This document shows positions 1 to 9,041 of a stretch of 64,000 nt of DNA, piece by piece. The notes below the pieces were generated by a model. It made no database searches, was not told where the DNA came from, and saw only the letters and a program-made list of their open reading frames with translations. Origin of the DNA: Candidatus Gottesmanbacteria bacterium (GTDB taxonomy: Bacteria; Patescibacteriota; Microgenomatia; 2-02-FULL-39-11); assembly GCA_016195685.1 (NCBI GenBank), contig JACPZE010000020.1:21725-85724 (forward strand). Direction: 5' to 3'. Each line of letters opens with the position of its first letter. Positions within the stretch are counted from its first letter, which is position 1. A program made the position numbers and the translations under genes.

Positions 1-692
1 CAGATTTACTGGGCAAATTTGTTTATGGAATTGCAGAATTGCATAGAACAGAAATAAAAAATGCAAAATACATTGCTTGTGGTGGTTGTGAAGCTACGGT
101 ATCGATACTTAGTCTTTATCCGTTAGTGAAAAAAGGCCTGATAGATCTAAATAATATCATCATTGACGGGAAAATGAGCAGCAGTCAGGCCGGGAACAAG
201 CCTACTCTTTCTTCCCATCATGCGGAAAGAAGCAGAGTGGTACGGACTTATGCGCCATTGGGACACAGGCATACCGCCGAGATAGAGCAGGAATTAAGTT
301 TTGGAAACAAAAAAGCTTTTGTATCCGTAACTGCTACCAGTATTGAGATGGTTCGCGGACTATTAGTCACCATCCACACAAAAATATTAGATGGAGTGAC
401 AGAAAAAAATATTTGGTCGGCATACAGGGAAATTTATAAAAATGAACCCTTCATAAGAATTGTAAATGAAACTGAAGGAATCTATAGATACCCGGAGCCT
501 AAAATTTTGGAAGGAACGAACTATTGTGATATAGGCTTTGCGTTGGATTCCAAATCCAAACATCTGGTAGTGATCGGAGCGATAGATAATCTGGGGAAAG
601 GTACAGCAGGCCAAGCCGTGCAAGCGATGAATATAATGTGTGGATATCCCGAAACAACAGGGCTTACTTTCCCGGGTCTTCATCCAGTGTAA
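1..692 (+). CDS. lysY: LysY/ArgC-type [LysW]-aminoadipate-6-phosphate (N-acetyl-gamma-glutamyl-phosphate) reductase, 5' end outside window
   Basis: Catalytic GGCEAT, IDNLGKGTAGQAVQ, C-terminal GLTFPGLHP typical of LysY; first gene of lysY-lysZ-lysJ run. Confidence 0.85.
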   Translation, partial: DLLGKFVYGIAELHRTEIKNAKYIACGGCEATVSILSLYPLVKKGLIDLNNIIIDGKMSSSQAGNKPTLSSHHAERSRVVRTYAPLGHRHTAEIEQELSFGNKKAFVSVTATSIEMVRGLLVTIHTKILDGVTEKNIWSAYREIYKNEPFIRIVNETEGIYRYPEPKILEGTNYCDIGFALDSKSKHLVVIGAIDNLGKGTAGQAVQAMNIMCGYPETTGLTFPGLHPV

Positions 693-695
693 AAT

Positions 696-1517
696 ATGAA
701 AAATGATTTGCAACTTATAAAAATCGGAGGAGGTCAAGATATAAATTGGGATTTTATAGCAGAGGATTTAAAACGCTTGAAAAAATTCATCATCATACAT
801 GGAGCAAATCATAAAATAACAGAAATTTCAAAAAAACTTGGAATTACCGAGAAAAAAATCATTTCTCCCAGCGGTTTTGTCAGCAGATATACGGATGAAA
901 AAGCTCTAGATGTATTTCTCATGATTTATGCGGGACTCGTGAATAAAAAATTAGTCGCATTGTTGCAAAAATATAAAATTAATGCTGTTGGATTAACCGG
1001 AATTGACGGTAGAATTTGGGAAGGAAAAAGAAAAAATATTATTTACTCGGTGGAAAACGGGAAAACTAAATTGATAAATGATAGTTTGACCGGTAATGTA
1101 GAAAAGATAAACACAAATCTGTTAAATTTACTGGTAAAAAACGGATTTGTTCCTGTTCTTTGCCCACCGGCCATAAGTTTTGATAATGAAATCATAAATG
1201 TAGATAACGATAGGGCGGCGGCAGTGCTGACAAAAAGTTTAAAAATTAAAGAAATGATTATGTTATTGGAAGCACCAGGATATTGCAAAGATTTAAAAGA
1301 TCCGAAATCAGTTGTATCAAAAATACCTTTCAAAAAATTGGATAGATTTATAAAAATTGCACAATCCGGCATGAAGAAAAAATTACTAGGGGTTAAGGAA
1401 GCTATGATTGGGGGTGTGGAGAAAGTTTATCTGGGTGACGGTAGAGTAAAAAATCCTATATCAAAAATATTAAACGGTGCAGGTACTCTTATCTTTAAGG
1501 AGTCAATCTATGAATGA
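696..1517 (+). CDS. lysZ: [LysW]-aminoadipate kinase (amino acid kinase family)
   Basis: KIGG, IIHG, SPSGFVSRYTD (LysZ-like), GLTGIDG, NVDND, GMKKK. Confidence 0.85.
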   Translation: MKNDLQLIKIGGGQDINWDFIAEDLKRLKKFIIIHGANHKITEISKKLGITEKKIISPSGFVSRYTDEKALDVFLMIYAGLVNKKLVALLQKYKINAVGLTGIDGRIWEGKRKNIIYSVENGKTKLINDSLTGNVEKINTNLLNLLVKNGFVPVLCPPAISFDNEIINVDNDRAAAVLTKSLKIKEMIMLLEAPGYCKDLKDPKSVVSKIPFKKLDRFIKIAQSGMKKKLLGVKEAMIGGVEKVYLGDGRVKNPISKILNGAGTLIFKESIYE

Positions 1518-2661
1518 TAATCACAAATATTTATTACCAACCTATCCGGATAGAGGGATCAATATTATCCGAGGTGAAGGAGTGTATCTATATGATGTCA
1601 ACGGGAAAAAATATATAGATTTTGGCAGTAATTACGGGGTTTCTATTTTGGGTTACGGAAATAAAGTTATCCTATCGGCGCTTAAATCACAAATAGAGAA
1701 ACTTATAAATCTCCATGGAAGTCTGGGTAATCCGGTGCGCGATCAGGCAGCGAGAAAATTGGTAAATATGTGCGGGAAATATTACTCGCAAGTTTATTTT
1801 TGCAACTCCGGCACAGAAGCAATTGAAGCGGCTCTCAAATTTACCAAACTTACTAAACGCGGAAATCATATTATCGCCATGCAGCATAGTTATCACGGAA
1901 AAACATTGGGAGCGCTTTCTGTAACTGCGGGAGAAAAATACAGGGAACCTTTTACACCATTGATTTGGGACGTAAGTTTTGCGGATTTTGGAACGATCGA
2001 GAATCTAAAAAATTCAATAAAAAAAGATACAATAGCTATAATCATTGAGCCGGTGCAGGGAGAAGGGGGAATAAATCCATCCCCAAAAGGATTTTTAAAA
2101 GCAGTCAGGAAATTATGTGACCAAAATAATTTGCTTTTAATTATTGATGAAATACAGGCGGGACTCGGGAGAACAGGATCATTTCTGGTAAGCCAAAACG
2201 ATGGAATTAGTGCCGATATCTTATGTTTGGGGAAAGGATTGGCAGGCGGTATTCCCATCGGAGCTACAGTTGTATCAAAAAATGTAGCAGCTCATGTACC
2301 AGTACATATCCATACATCTACTTTTGGAGGAAACCCTTTGGCGATGAGCGGTATTTTGGCCACCTTAGAGTTTCTCTCCGATAAAAAAATTTACCGTCAT
2401 ATACAAGAAACAGGAGATTATTTCTTAAAAGAGCTTAAAAAAATTCGCCATCCGAAAATTATCGACGCAAGAGGAGTCGGACTTATGATTGCTCTTGAAC
2501 TTAGGGAAAATGCGACATGGTTATTAAAGTCACTTCAGGATAAAAATATCATAGCAATTCCAGCAGGAAGTAATGTTGTCCGATTTTTACCACCGTATTT
2601 AATTACCGAGAAAGAGATAGATGTTTTAATTTATGCACTTAAAGAAATTTTCGTAAAATAA
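1510..2661 (+). CDS. lysJ: [LysW]-aminoadipate semialdehyde / acetylornithine aminotransferase (class III PLP)
   Basis: NSGTEAIEAALK, IEPVQGEGG, DEIQAGLGRTG, LGKGLAGG, HTSTFGGNP; ATG at 1510 overlaps end of lysZ. Confidence 0.85.
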   Translation: MNDNHKYLLPTYPDRGINIIRGEGVYLYDVNGKKYIDFGSNYGVSILGYGNKVILSALKSQIEKLINLHGSLGNPVRDQAARKLVNMCGKYYSQVYFCNSGTEAIEAALKFTKLTKRGNHIIAMQHSYHGKTLGALSVTAGEKYREPFTPLIWDVSFADFGTIENLKNSIKKDTIAIIIEPVQGEGGINPSPKGFLKAVRKLCDQNNLLLIIDEIQAGLGRTGSFLVSQNDGISADILCLGKGLAGGIPIGATVVSKNVAAHVPVHIHTSTFGGNPLAMSGILATLEFLSDKKIYRHIQETGDYFLKELKKIRHPKIIDARGVGLMIALELRENATWLLKSLQDKNIIAIPAGSNVVRFLPPYLITEKEIDVLIYALKEIFVK

Positions 2662-2663
2662 TT

Positions 2664-3347
2664 ATGTGCAGATTTTTACTCGTCAGGTCAAAAACGAAAA
2701 TCAAACTGGAAAAATTATTACACCAGTTTTCACAGATGAGCGAGAGAAGCCGTGCACCCGATGGTGACTGGCAAGGTGACGGGTGGGGAATAGCGATCAA
2801 AACTCAAAGCTGGAAAATTTATAAATCATTAAATCCCATTTGGGAAGATAAAGATACTTTTAATATATTTCCGGAAACGAATATTTTTGTGGTTCATGCC
2901 AGGAGTGCGGGGTTTCCGCAAGATAGAGGTATTATTGAATATAATGAGCCTTACGTTTCTGATGATTTATGTTTTGTTTTTAATGGAATGTTAAAAGGAG
3001 TGAATATCGCGAGACAACTTGAAGGAAAAATAGGGGCACAAAAAATATTTTCTCTGATACAAAATGTCATCCTGAGCGAATGTAGTGAGTTAAAGGACCC
3101 CCCGCGAATAGAGGAAGTCCTACGTATTGTTGATCAACTCATTGTTAATAACTCTAAAAAGGTTATAGGAATGAATATTGGTCTTGTAAAAGATGATAAA
3201 TTTAATGTTCTTTGTGAATATGACAATAACGATGAATATTTTAGTCTACGATATTACCAAGATGATCAAGTATCGCTTGTATGTTCTGAAGAAATTGGGG
3301 AATACGATTGGAAAATGATGAAAAAAGGGGAAATATTAGTTCTATAG
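2664..3347 (+). CDS. Class II glutamine amidotransferase / Ntn hydrolase (YafJ/EgtC/Dug3-like)
   Basis: N-terminal MCR (Cys2 nucleophile), DGWG, HARSA, NEPY, FNG, VCSE. Confidence 0.8.
   Translation: MCRFLLVRSKTKIKLEKLLHQFSQMSERSRAPDGDWQGDGWGIAIKTQSWKIYKSLNPIWEDKDTFNIFPETNIFVVHARSAGFPQDRGIIEYNEPYVSDDLCFVFNGMLKGVNIARQLEGKIGAQKIFSLIQNVILSECSELKDPPRIEEVLRIVDQLIVNNSKKVIGMNIGLVKDDKFNVLCEYDNNDEYFSLRYYQDDQVSLVCSEEIGEYDWKMMKKGEILVL
3065..3099. repeat. REP-like element inserted in frame in CDS
   Basis: TGTCATCCTGAGCGAATGTAGTGAGTTAAAGGACC resembles intergenic copies at 56197-56253 (CCTGAGCGAATGAAATGAGCGAAGG). Confidence 0.55.
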
Positions 3348-3351
3348 CCTA

Positions 3352-3380
3352 TTGACGGCTAGATCAAAAATTGGTATATT
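3352..3380 (+). promoter_or_regulatory. sigma70-type promoter of T-box leader
   Basis: TTGACG (3352-57), 17 bp spacer, TG-n-TATATT (3375-80). Confidence 0.75.
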
Positions 3381-3394
3381 GAATTAAGTTAATA

Positions 3395-3735
3395 AAAGCG
3401 TTGATGGGGACGAGTAAAACATTTGTGTCTTTCAGAGAAGGGTAATCGGTGAGAAGTCCCAAAGACAATTGTTTGTATCTCCAAGACCCTGGAGCTGCCG
3501 GAAGAAATCAGTATTTACTGAAAGTAAATCCGAGTCGGGTGCGCCCGTAATAGCACTAAAGTGTCACTGTTCCGATTTTATCGGAAATCAAGCACTTGAA
3601 CGAGGAGTAATTTACAAAGTGACACGCATGTTTTGCGTGTTTTTGTTTATTTAATTACTCGAAATGAGGTGGTACCATGGTTCGACTTCGCTCACCACGA
3701 GCTGTCAACCGTCCTTATATTTGGACGGTTTTTTT
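3395..3735 (+). ncRNA. T-box leader (riboswitch), specifier probably Lys (AAG)
   Basis: Stem I with GCGTTGATGGGGACGAGTA, CAGAGA and GGTGAGA loop motifs; specifier AAG-A-CCC at 3483-3489; T-box AATGAGGTGGTACCATGG at 3663-3680 pairing with CCGTCCTT (3709-3716); overlapping terminator. Confidence 0.85.
3707..3735 (+). terminator. T-box intrinsic terminator
   Basis: AACCGTCC-TTATATTT-GGACGGTT followed by T-run. Confidence 0.85.
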
Positions 3736-3748
3736 GTGGAGGAAAAAT

Positions 3749-5098
3749 ATGCTAGTAGAAAGACGAATTTTAATTACAACACCAAGAGAAGGATTACAGC
3801 AAGCCGGTGCTTTTCCAAAAGATGGTAGATTAGGGATAAACGATCCAAATCTTTTACCTCCTGCTCAAATTATTGAAGCAGGAGCTATTAATCTGCTAAA
3901 AGATTTGATTACCAGAAGAGATTTGATGGTGGAATTACCTAATCCAATTTCATGTCCATCTGCGGCAAAAATGGTGAATAGAATCCTAACTACTGCCCAA
4001 ACATTTGGAGTATCTGATAGAGTTCCGGTACATACGAGGATGACAAAAAAAGATTTTAATTTGGCTGTAGTATGTGGAGCAACAGCAGTACATCTTTATG
4101 GTAATTCTTCAGATTTAGCTGGAAGAAAAGGTCAATCTATTGAGAAACTTACAGATAGTTTGGAAGAAATAGCAGATGATGCTTACAAAAGTGGAGTTAA
4201 TCACCTGCGGGCCAGTTTAGAGCAAGCAACTGCTACTCCAATTGATAAAATTGTTCAATTTGTTACAAAGATTAAAGAAATTAACGGAAAGTATCCAAGG
4301 AAAGTTATAACAGCGATAGGACTTCCTGATACAAATGGACTGGCAACTCCAGATCAATATCAAAAAATATTAACTAAAGAAGTAACTCAATTGATAAGAG
4401 ATTCAGGGTTAACTCTTTTTATACATTTACATGATGATGGTAATAATGCTTTAGACAATGCAAAAACTATTATGGAAATTGCAAAAGCAGAAAATATTTC
4501 AGTAGTAGTTGAAACTGTTCCTAAGGAATACCCGGGAGAGAGAGTAGGAATACGCCCTTGGTATAGCGATTTAGCAGAGCTCGGTTTTCCAGGTGAATTG
4601 CCTAAAAGCGCCACTGAGATATTAGAAGGAAGCTCATGGGTTTTAAAATATCCTGAATTAAGAGATATAGCGAAATTAACAAATACCGCGGGTGTTCATA
4701 CGGATGATATGGAACGATATGCGAATGGTAATCACGGGATTTTCCCCTCACCGGGTCTATATTCCATTATGGGTGCAAAAAATTTTGGTTTCTTGCAGGA
4801 ACATACATTGCCAATTGATATAGGAAAAGTAAGTACAATTGAGGTATTGAGATCTGCTGCATTAATTGGGCGTGAATTAGCTGTACAATATGGCAATCAG
4901 TCGCAAGCAGTAGCAATCGCGTTAGCGGAATTAGCCTTTAATAAACCCGATCTTGTTCAATCAGTGTCATCTCGTTTTAATAATCACAATATATGGTTAG
5001 AAGATGATGTTCCTGATTTAAGAGTAATTTGTGATCTATTGCATAAAATTATTTATGATAAATGGAAAATGAATATTAATTTTCAAAAAAGAGTATGA
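3749..5098 (+). CDS. Divergent homocitrate synthase-like DRE-TIM metallolyase
   Basis: TTPREGLQ, HTRM, LPDTNG, HLHDD, GERVG, AGVH; RBS GGAGGA before ATG 3749; downstream of Lys T-box. Confidence 0.6.
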   Translation: MLVERRILITTPREGLQQAGAFPKDGRLGINDPNLLPPAQIIEAGAINLLKDLITRRDLMVELPNPISCPSAAKMVNRILTTAQTFGVSDRVPVHTRMTKKDFNLAVVCGATAVHLYGNSSDLAGRKGQSIEKLTDSLEEIADDAYKSGVNHLRASLEQATATPIDKIVQFVTKIKEINGKYPRKVITAIGLPDTNGLATPDQYQKILTKEVTQLIRDSGLTLFIHLHDDGNNALDNAKTIMEIAKAENISVVVETVPKEYPGERVGIRPWYSDLAELGFPGELPKSATEILEGSSWVLKYPELRDIAKLTNTAGVHTDDMERYANGNHGIFPSPGLYSIMGAKNFGFLQEHTLPIDIGKVSTIEVLRSAALIGRELAVQYGNQSQAVAIALAELAFNKPDLVQSVSSRFNNHNIWLEDDVPDLRVICDLLHKIIYDKWKMNINFQKRV

Positions 5099-5155
5099 TT
5101 ATAATCTAAATAGCTATATTCAAATTCGGTTCGAAAGCAAGTAAAATATATTTAT

Positions 5156-7456
5156 ATGTTCTGGGCCGATAAAATTGCAAAAAATATAATTGATTCAAGA
5201 AAATATACACCTTATTGGGTCGACGATATGAAGACTCCATCGGGAAGAATTCACGTGGGATCTTTGCGTGGAGTACTCATCCATGAACTAGTCTGGAGGG
5301 CATTAAAAAATGCCGGAAAAGAAGCGACTTTTACCTATGTCTTTGACGATCATGATCCCATGGATGAGTTGCCTATATATCTGGAAGAAGAAAAATGGAG
5401 TAAATACCTGGGCCAACCTCTATATACTGTTCCATCGCCGGATGGAAAAGCAGAAAACTATGCAAAATATTTTGCAGATGAATTTACAGAAGTGTTCAAC
5501 AAGCTAGGGTGCCGTCCCAAAATTCTTTGGACAAGTGAATTATATAAGAAAGGTATGATGAATGATTTGATTAAAGTATGTTTAGATAAAACAGAATTAA
5601 TCAGAAAAATATATGAAGAATTGTACAAAAAAAAGATGGTATCTGATTGGTATCCTTTCCAAGTAGTTTGTCCAAAGTGTGGGAAAGAATCTACAACCAG
5701 AGTAAATAATTGGGACGGTGAAAATGTCAGTTTTGTATGCAAAATTGATGCAGTTGTTTGGACAAAAGGTTGTGGCTTTTACGGATCAGTTTCACCATTT
5801 AGTGGTGATGGAAAATTTGCAGGTAAACTTTCATGGAAAATAGAATGGCCGGTGAAGTGGCAAGTCATTGGAATCACAATTGAAGGCGCTGGTAAAGATC
5901 ACATGAGTGCAGGAGGTTCCCATGATGTGGCAAAACTGATCTGTGAAAGAGTTCTAAAATCGGCGGTTCCATACCAGATAGCTTATGAATTTTTCCTAAT
6001 CGGTGGCAAAAAGATGTCTTCCTCAAAAGGATTGGGATCGTCAGCCAAAGAAGTATCAGAAATTATCCCGCCATACCTTGGACGTTTCCTTTTTACCCGT
6101 ACAGATTATCGGGAAGCTATAGAATTTGATCCGATGGGAACGATGGCTATACCGGATCTGTTTGATGAATATGATAGATGCTGGCAAGCATACAATACCG
6201 GATCAGATGAGAATCTATCCAGTATTTTTGAGTATTCACAGATAGATGATATACCTGGGAAAAATCCAACATTATTTCTCCCGAGATTTCGCGATATTGC
6301 AAATTTCGCACAACTTCCAAATGTCGATTTATGGCAAAAACTTCAACAGATTAAAGGAACTGAATTAACAGAATTCGAGGACGATATTATACGTGAACGA
6401 CTTACATTTGCATTTATATGGCTTAGTAAATATGCCCCGGATGAGTATAGGTATCAAATATCGATTAAATCAATTGAAGAAATAAATTTAACTAGCAAAC
6501 AATGGGAATTCTTAAATGTTCTTTCAGATATTTGGGCGAATGTTAAGGATCCTGAAGAATTACAATCTAAAATATTCCAATTGGCTAAAGCCAAAGATAT
6601 GAATCATAAAGAGGCTTTTAATACTTTGTATACAGTTTTGCTTGATAAACCACATGGTCCACGTGCAGGGTGGCTTCTTAAAAAATTTCCATCAGAAGTA
6701 GTTATCAAGAGGTTAACACTTAATAGACATCAAAAAGTTAGAAAACAAGCAAGAACGGTAAATACTATTTCCCGTCCAGACTTGTTCACAATTGATAAAG
6801 AGGTTAAAAGTAAATATCCGTCTGTATCTATAGGAATTGCAATAATCAAAGGAGTAAATATCAAGAAATCAGATCCATTACTTGAGAAAGCAAAAGAAGA
6901 ATTTTTGAAAAGTTTAGAAAACCTTACAACAGAAGAAATAGGTAAATATCCACAGCTAATCAGTTACAGAAAATTATATAGAGAGATGGGAATAGATTGG
7001 CACTCAAGACGTCCATCTCCTGAGGCCTTACTGCGAAGAGTAATTTTGAAAAAAGGATTATATTCTATCAATACCTGTGTAGACGCATATAACCTAGTAG
7101 TGATGAAACATAGAGTTTCAGTGGGCGCATTTGATTTGGAGTGTGTAAGATTTCCGACTGTCTTAAGATATGCAGATGAAGGAGACGAAATATTATTATT
7201 AGGTGATAAAGAACCGACTAAATATACTTCAAAAGAAATTGCTTATTATGACAAAGTAGGCGGATATAATATCGACTTTAATTATCGTGATGCACAAAGA
7301 ACTATGGTAACGGAAAAAACTAAAAATATCTGGATAAATGTAGATGGTGTTTATGATATCAGTCCGGAATTGGTAGAAAAGTCACTTCGGGAATCAATTG
7401 AAATAATAGTTAAATATTGTGGAGGGGAAGTAGAGTTTGAGGGAGTAGTAAGATAA
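5156..7456 (+). CDS. lysS: Class I lysyl-tRNA synthetase fused to C-terminal B3/4 domain
   Basis: TPSGRIHVGS (HIGH), CPKCG, GKLSWKIEWP, GKDH, KMSSSKG, GPRAG; last ~220 aa with RPSPEALLRR, INTCVDAYN, GAFDL typical of B3/4. Confidence 0.9.
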   Translation: MFWADKIAKNIIDSRKYTPYWVDDMKTPSGRIHVGSLRGVLIHELVWRALKNAGKEATFTYVFDDHDPMDELPIYLEEEKWSKYLGQPLYTVPSPDGKAENYAKYFADEFTEVFNKLGCRPKILWTSELYKKGMMNDLIKVCLDKTELIRKIYEELYKKKMVSDWYPFQVVCPKCGKESTTRVNNWDGENVSFVCKIDAVVWTKGCGFYGSVSPFSGDGKFAGKLSWKIEWPVKWQVIGITIEGAGKDHMSAGGSHDVAKLICERVLKSAVPYQIAYEFFLIGGKKMSSSKGLGSSAKEVSEIIPPYLGRFLFTRTDYREAIEFDPMGTMAIPDLFDEYDRCWQAYNTGSDENLSSIFEYSQIDDIPGKNPTLFLPRFRDIANFAQLPNVDLWQKLQQIKGTELTEFEDDIIRERLTFAFIWLSKYAPDEYRYQISIKSIEEINLTSKQWEFLNVLSDIWANVKDPEELQSKIFQLAKAKDMNHKEAFNTLYTVLLDKPHGPRAGWLLKKFPSEVVIKRLTLNRHQKVRKQARTVNTISRPDLFTIDKEVKSKYPSVSIGIAIIKGVNIKKSDPLLEKAKEEFLKSLENLTTEEIGKYPQLISYRKLYREMGIDWHSRRPSPEALLRRVILKKGLYSINTCVDAYNLVVMKHRVSVGAFDLECVRFPTVLRYADEGDEILLLGDKEPTKYTSKEIAYYDKVGGYNIDFNYRDAQRTMVTEKTKNIWINVDGVYDISPELVEKSLRESIEIIVKYCGGEVEFEGVVR

Positions 7457-8338
7457 ATGTATAGATTTTTTAATAGACACAAACTATTTCTTACAGATGT
7501 AGGTTTAATCTACGCAGCTGCAATTTGGGGAGCCACTTTTTATATAGTAAAAGATAGTCTACGATTTATAAATCCTCTGGCTCAATTGGGGTACAGATTT
7601 TTGTTTGCAAGTTTGGTTCTGGGGATTTTTCTTAAGATCAAGCATAAAAAGCTAATTTCAAATTTTAAGGAAGGATTTATTTTGGGAGTTTTAGTTTGGA
7701 TTCTTTTTGTACCTCAGACAATCGGATTAAAATATACTACCGCATCAAATTCAGGATTCATAACAGGACTTTTCGTAGTATTCGTGCCTATATTTTCTCT
7801 ACTTTTATTTAAGGCAATACCGTCATTTCAGAAAATTACAGCTATTTTACTTGCAACTAGCGGGCTTTATTTTCTCACCGGTGGGTTAAAAGAGTTAAAT
7901 ATCGGTGATGTTATTACTCTCATTGCTGCTATGGCATATGCTCTGCATATCCTGGTTTCCGGAGTGTTTATGAAAAGAAAAATAGATCCGTATGTCAATA
8001 CTTTTCAGCAATTTTTCACTATGGGAGCTTTGAGTCTTTCTACCGGATTATTATTTGGTCAGTCAATATTTGTTCAATCTATGAACAGTTTATGGATTAT
8101 AATTTTTCTCGCTCTTTTTCCCTCACTTTCTGGATTTGTGATACAGATGGTTGCTTTGCAATATACTGCTCCGGTAAAAGTTGCTATAATATTTACACTT
8201 GAACCCGTATTTGCAGCGATTTTTGCCTGGACACTGGGAGGTGAAAAATTCTTGCCTATAAATGCATTCGGAGGATTATTAATAGTATTTGCAATGATAA
8301 TCTCTGAATTGCCAATGACAAAAAGTGAAAAAATATGA
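7457..8338 (+). CDS. EamA/DMT family transporter
   Basis: About 10 TM helices, IWGATF, LEPVFAAIFA. Confidence 0.85.
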   Translation: MYRFFNRHKLFLTDVGLIYAAAIWGATFYIVKDSLRFINPLAQLGYRFLFASLVLGIFLKIKHKKLISNFKEGFILGVLVWILFVPQTIGLKYTTASNSGFITGLFVVFVPIFSLLLFKAIPSFQKITAILLATSGLYFLTGGLKELNIGDVITLIAAMAYALHILVSGVFMKRKIDPYVNTFQQFFTMGALSLSTGLLFGQSIFVQSMNSLWIIIFLALFPSLSGFVIQMVALQYTAPVKVAIIFTLEPVFAAIFAWTLGGEKFLPINAFGGLLIVFAMIISELPMTKSEKI

Positions 8339-8901
8339 TCTCTAGACAACAAGCTTGGGAATTATTGAATAACCATATGAAGAGTCAGAATCTGATAAGA
8401 CACTGTTTAGCAGTTGAGGCAGTGATAAAGGCATTAGCACGATACTTCAAAGAAGATGAGGAAGTGTGGGGAATAGTGGGACTTCTCCATGATGGAGATT
8501 ATGAGGAAGTGGAGAAAGATCCCTCTCAACATACTTTAAAAATGCATCAGTGGCTTACAGATGTTGGAGAAACAGACCCACGTATTTTAGAAGCAATTCT
8601 TTCTCATAACTTTGCTCATACAGGACAAAATTCTCCCAAAAATAATCTGGAATGGTCGCTTTACTGTTGTGACGAATTGACTGGTCTAATTGTTGCAGTT
8701 ACTTTAGTCAGACCGGAAAAAAAGTTATCAGCGGTATCTGTAGAGTCAGTGATGAAAAAATGGGATATAAAACAGTTTGCTGCCGGAGCCAAACGTGAAC
8801 AGATAGCGCATTGTCAGGAAAAACTGGGGATTAAACTTGCTGATTTCATTAGTATTGCTTTAAAAGCAATGCAGTATAAATCCGAAGAATTAGGATTGTA
8901 A
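8335..8901 (+). CDS. HD (HDIG-like) domain phosphohydrolase
   Basis: RHCLAVE, GLLHDGD, SHN, DELTGLI. Confidence 0.85.
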   Translation: MISRQQAWELLNNHMKSQNLIRHCLAVEAVIKALARYFKEDEEVWGIVGLLHDGDYEEVEKDPSQHTLKMHQWLTDVGETDPRILEAILSHNFAHTGQNSPKNNLEWSLYCCDELTGLIVAVTLVRPEKKLSAVSVESVMKKWDIKQFAAGAKREQIAHCQEKLGIKLADFISIALKAMQYKSEELGL

Positions 8902-8913
8902 TTTACGTCTTAC

Positions 8914-9030
8914 TATTTCGTCAGGTATGAATTTTTCGACTCCTACAAAACGCTCGCGCAATAGTTTTTCTATACATATATTCCTAGTCGCTCGGGAAAT
9001 GGAGTAGTCTGCAAAATTCATACCTTCCTT
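8914..9030. repeat. Long imperfect inverted repeat (MITE/REP-like)
   Basis: AGGTATGAATTTT...AAAATTCATACCT arms with inner ACTCC/GGAGT. Confidence 0.55.
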
Positions 9031-9041
9031 AGTTAAAGTAA

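Noticed and set aside
3469-3748. ORF 3469-3654 and upstream start 3677
   Set aside because: Both lie within the T-box leader or terminator; the RBS supports ATG 3749
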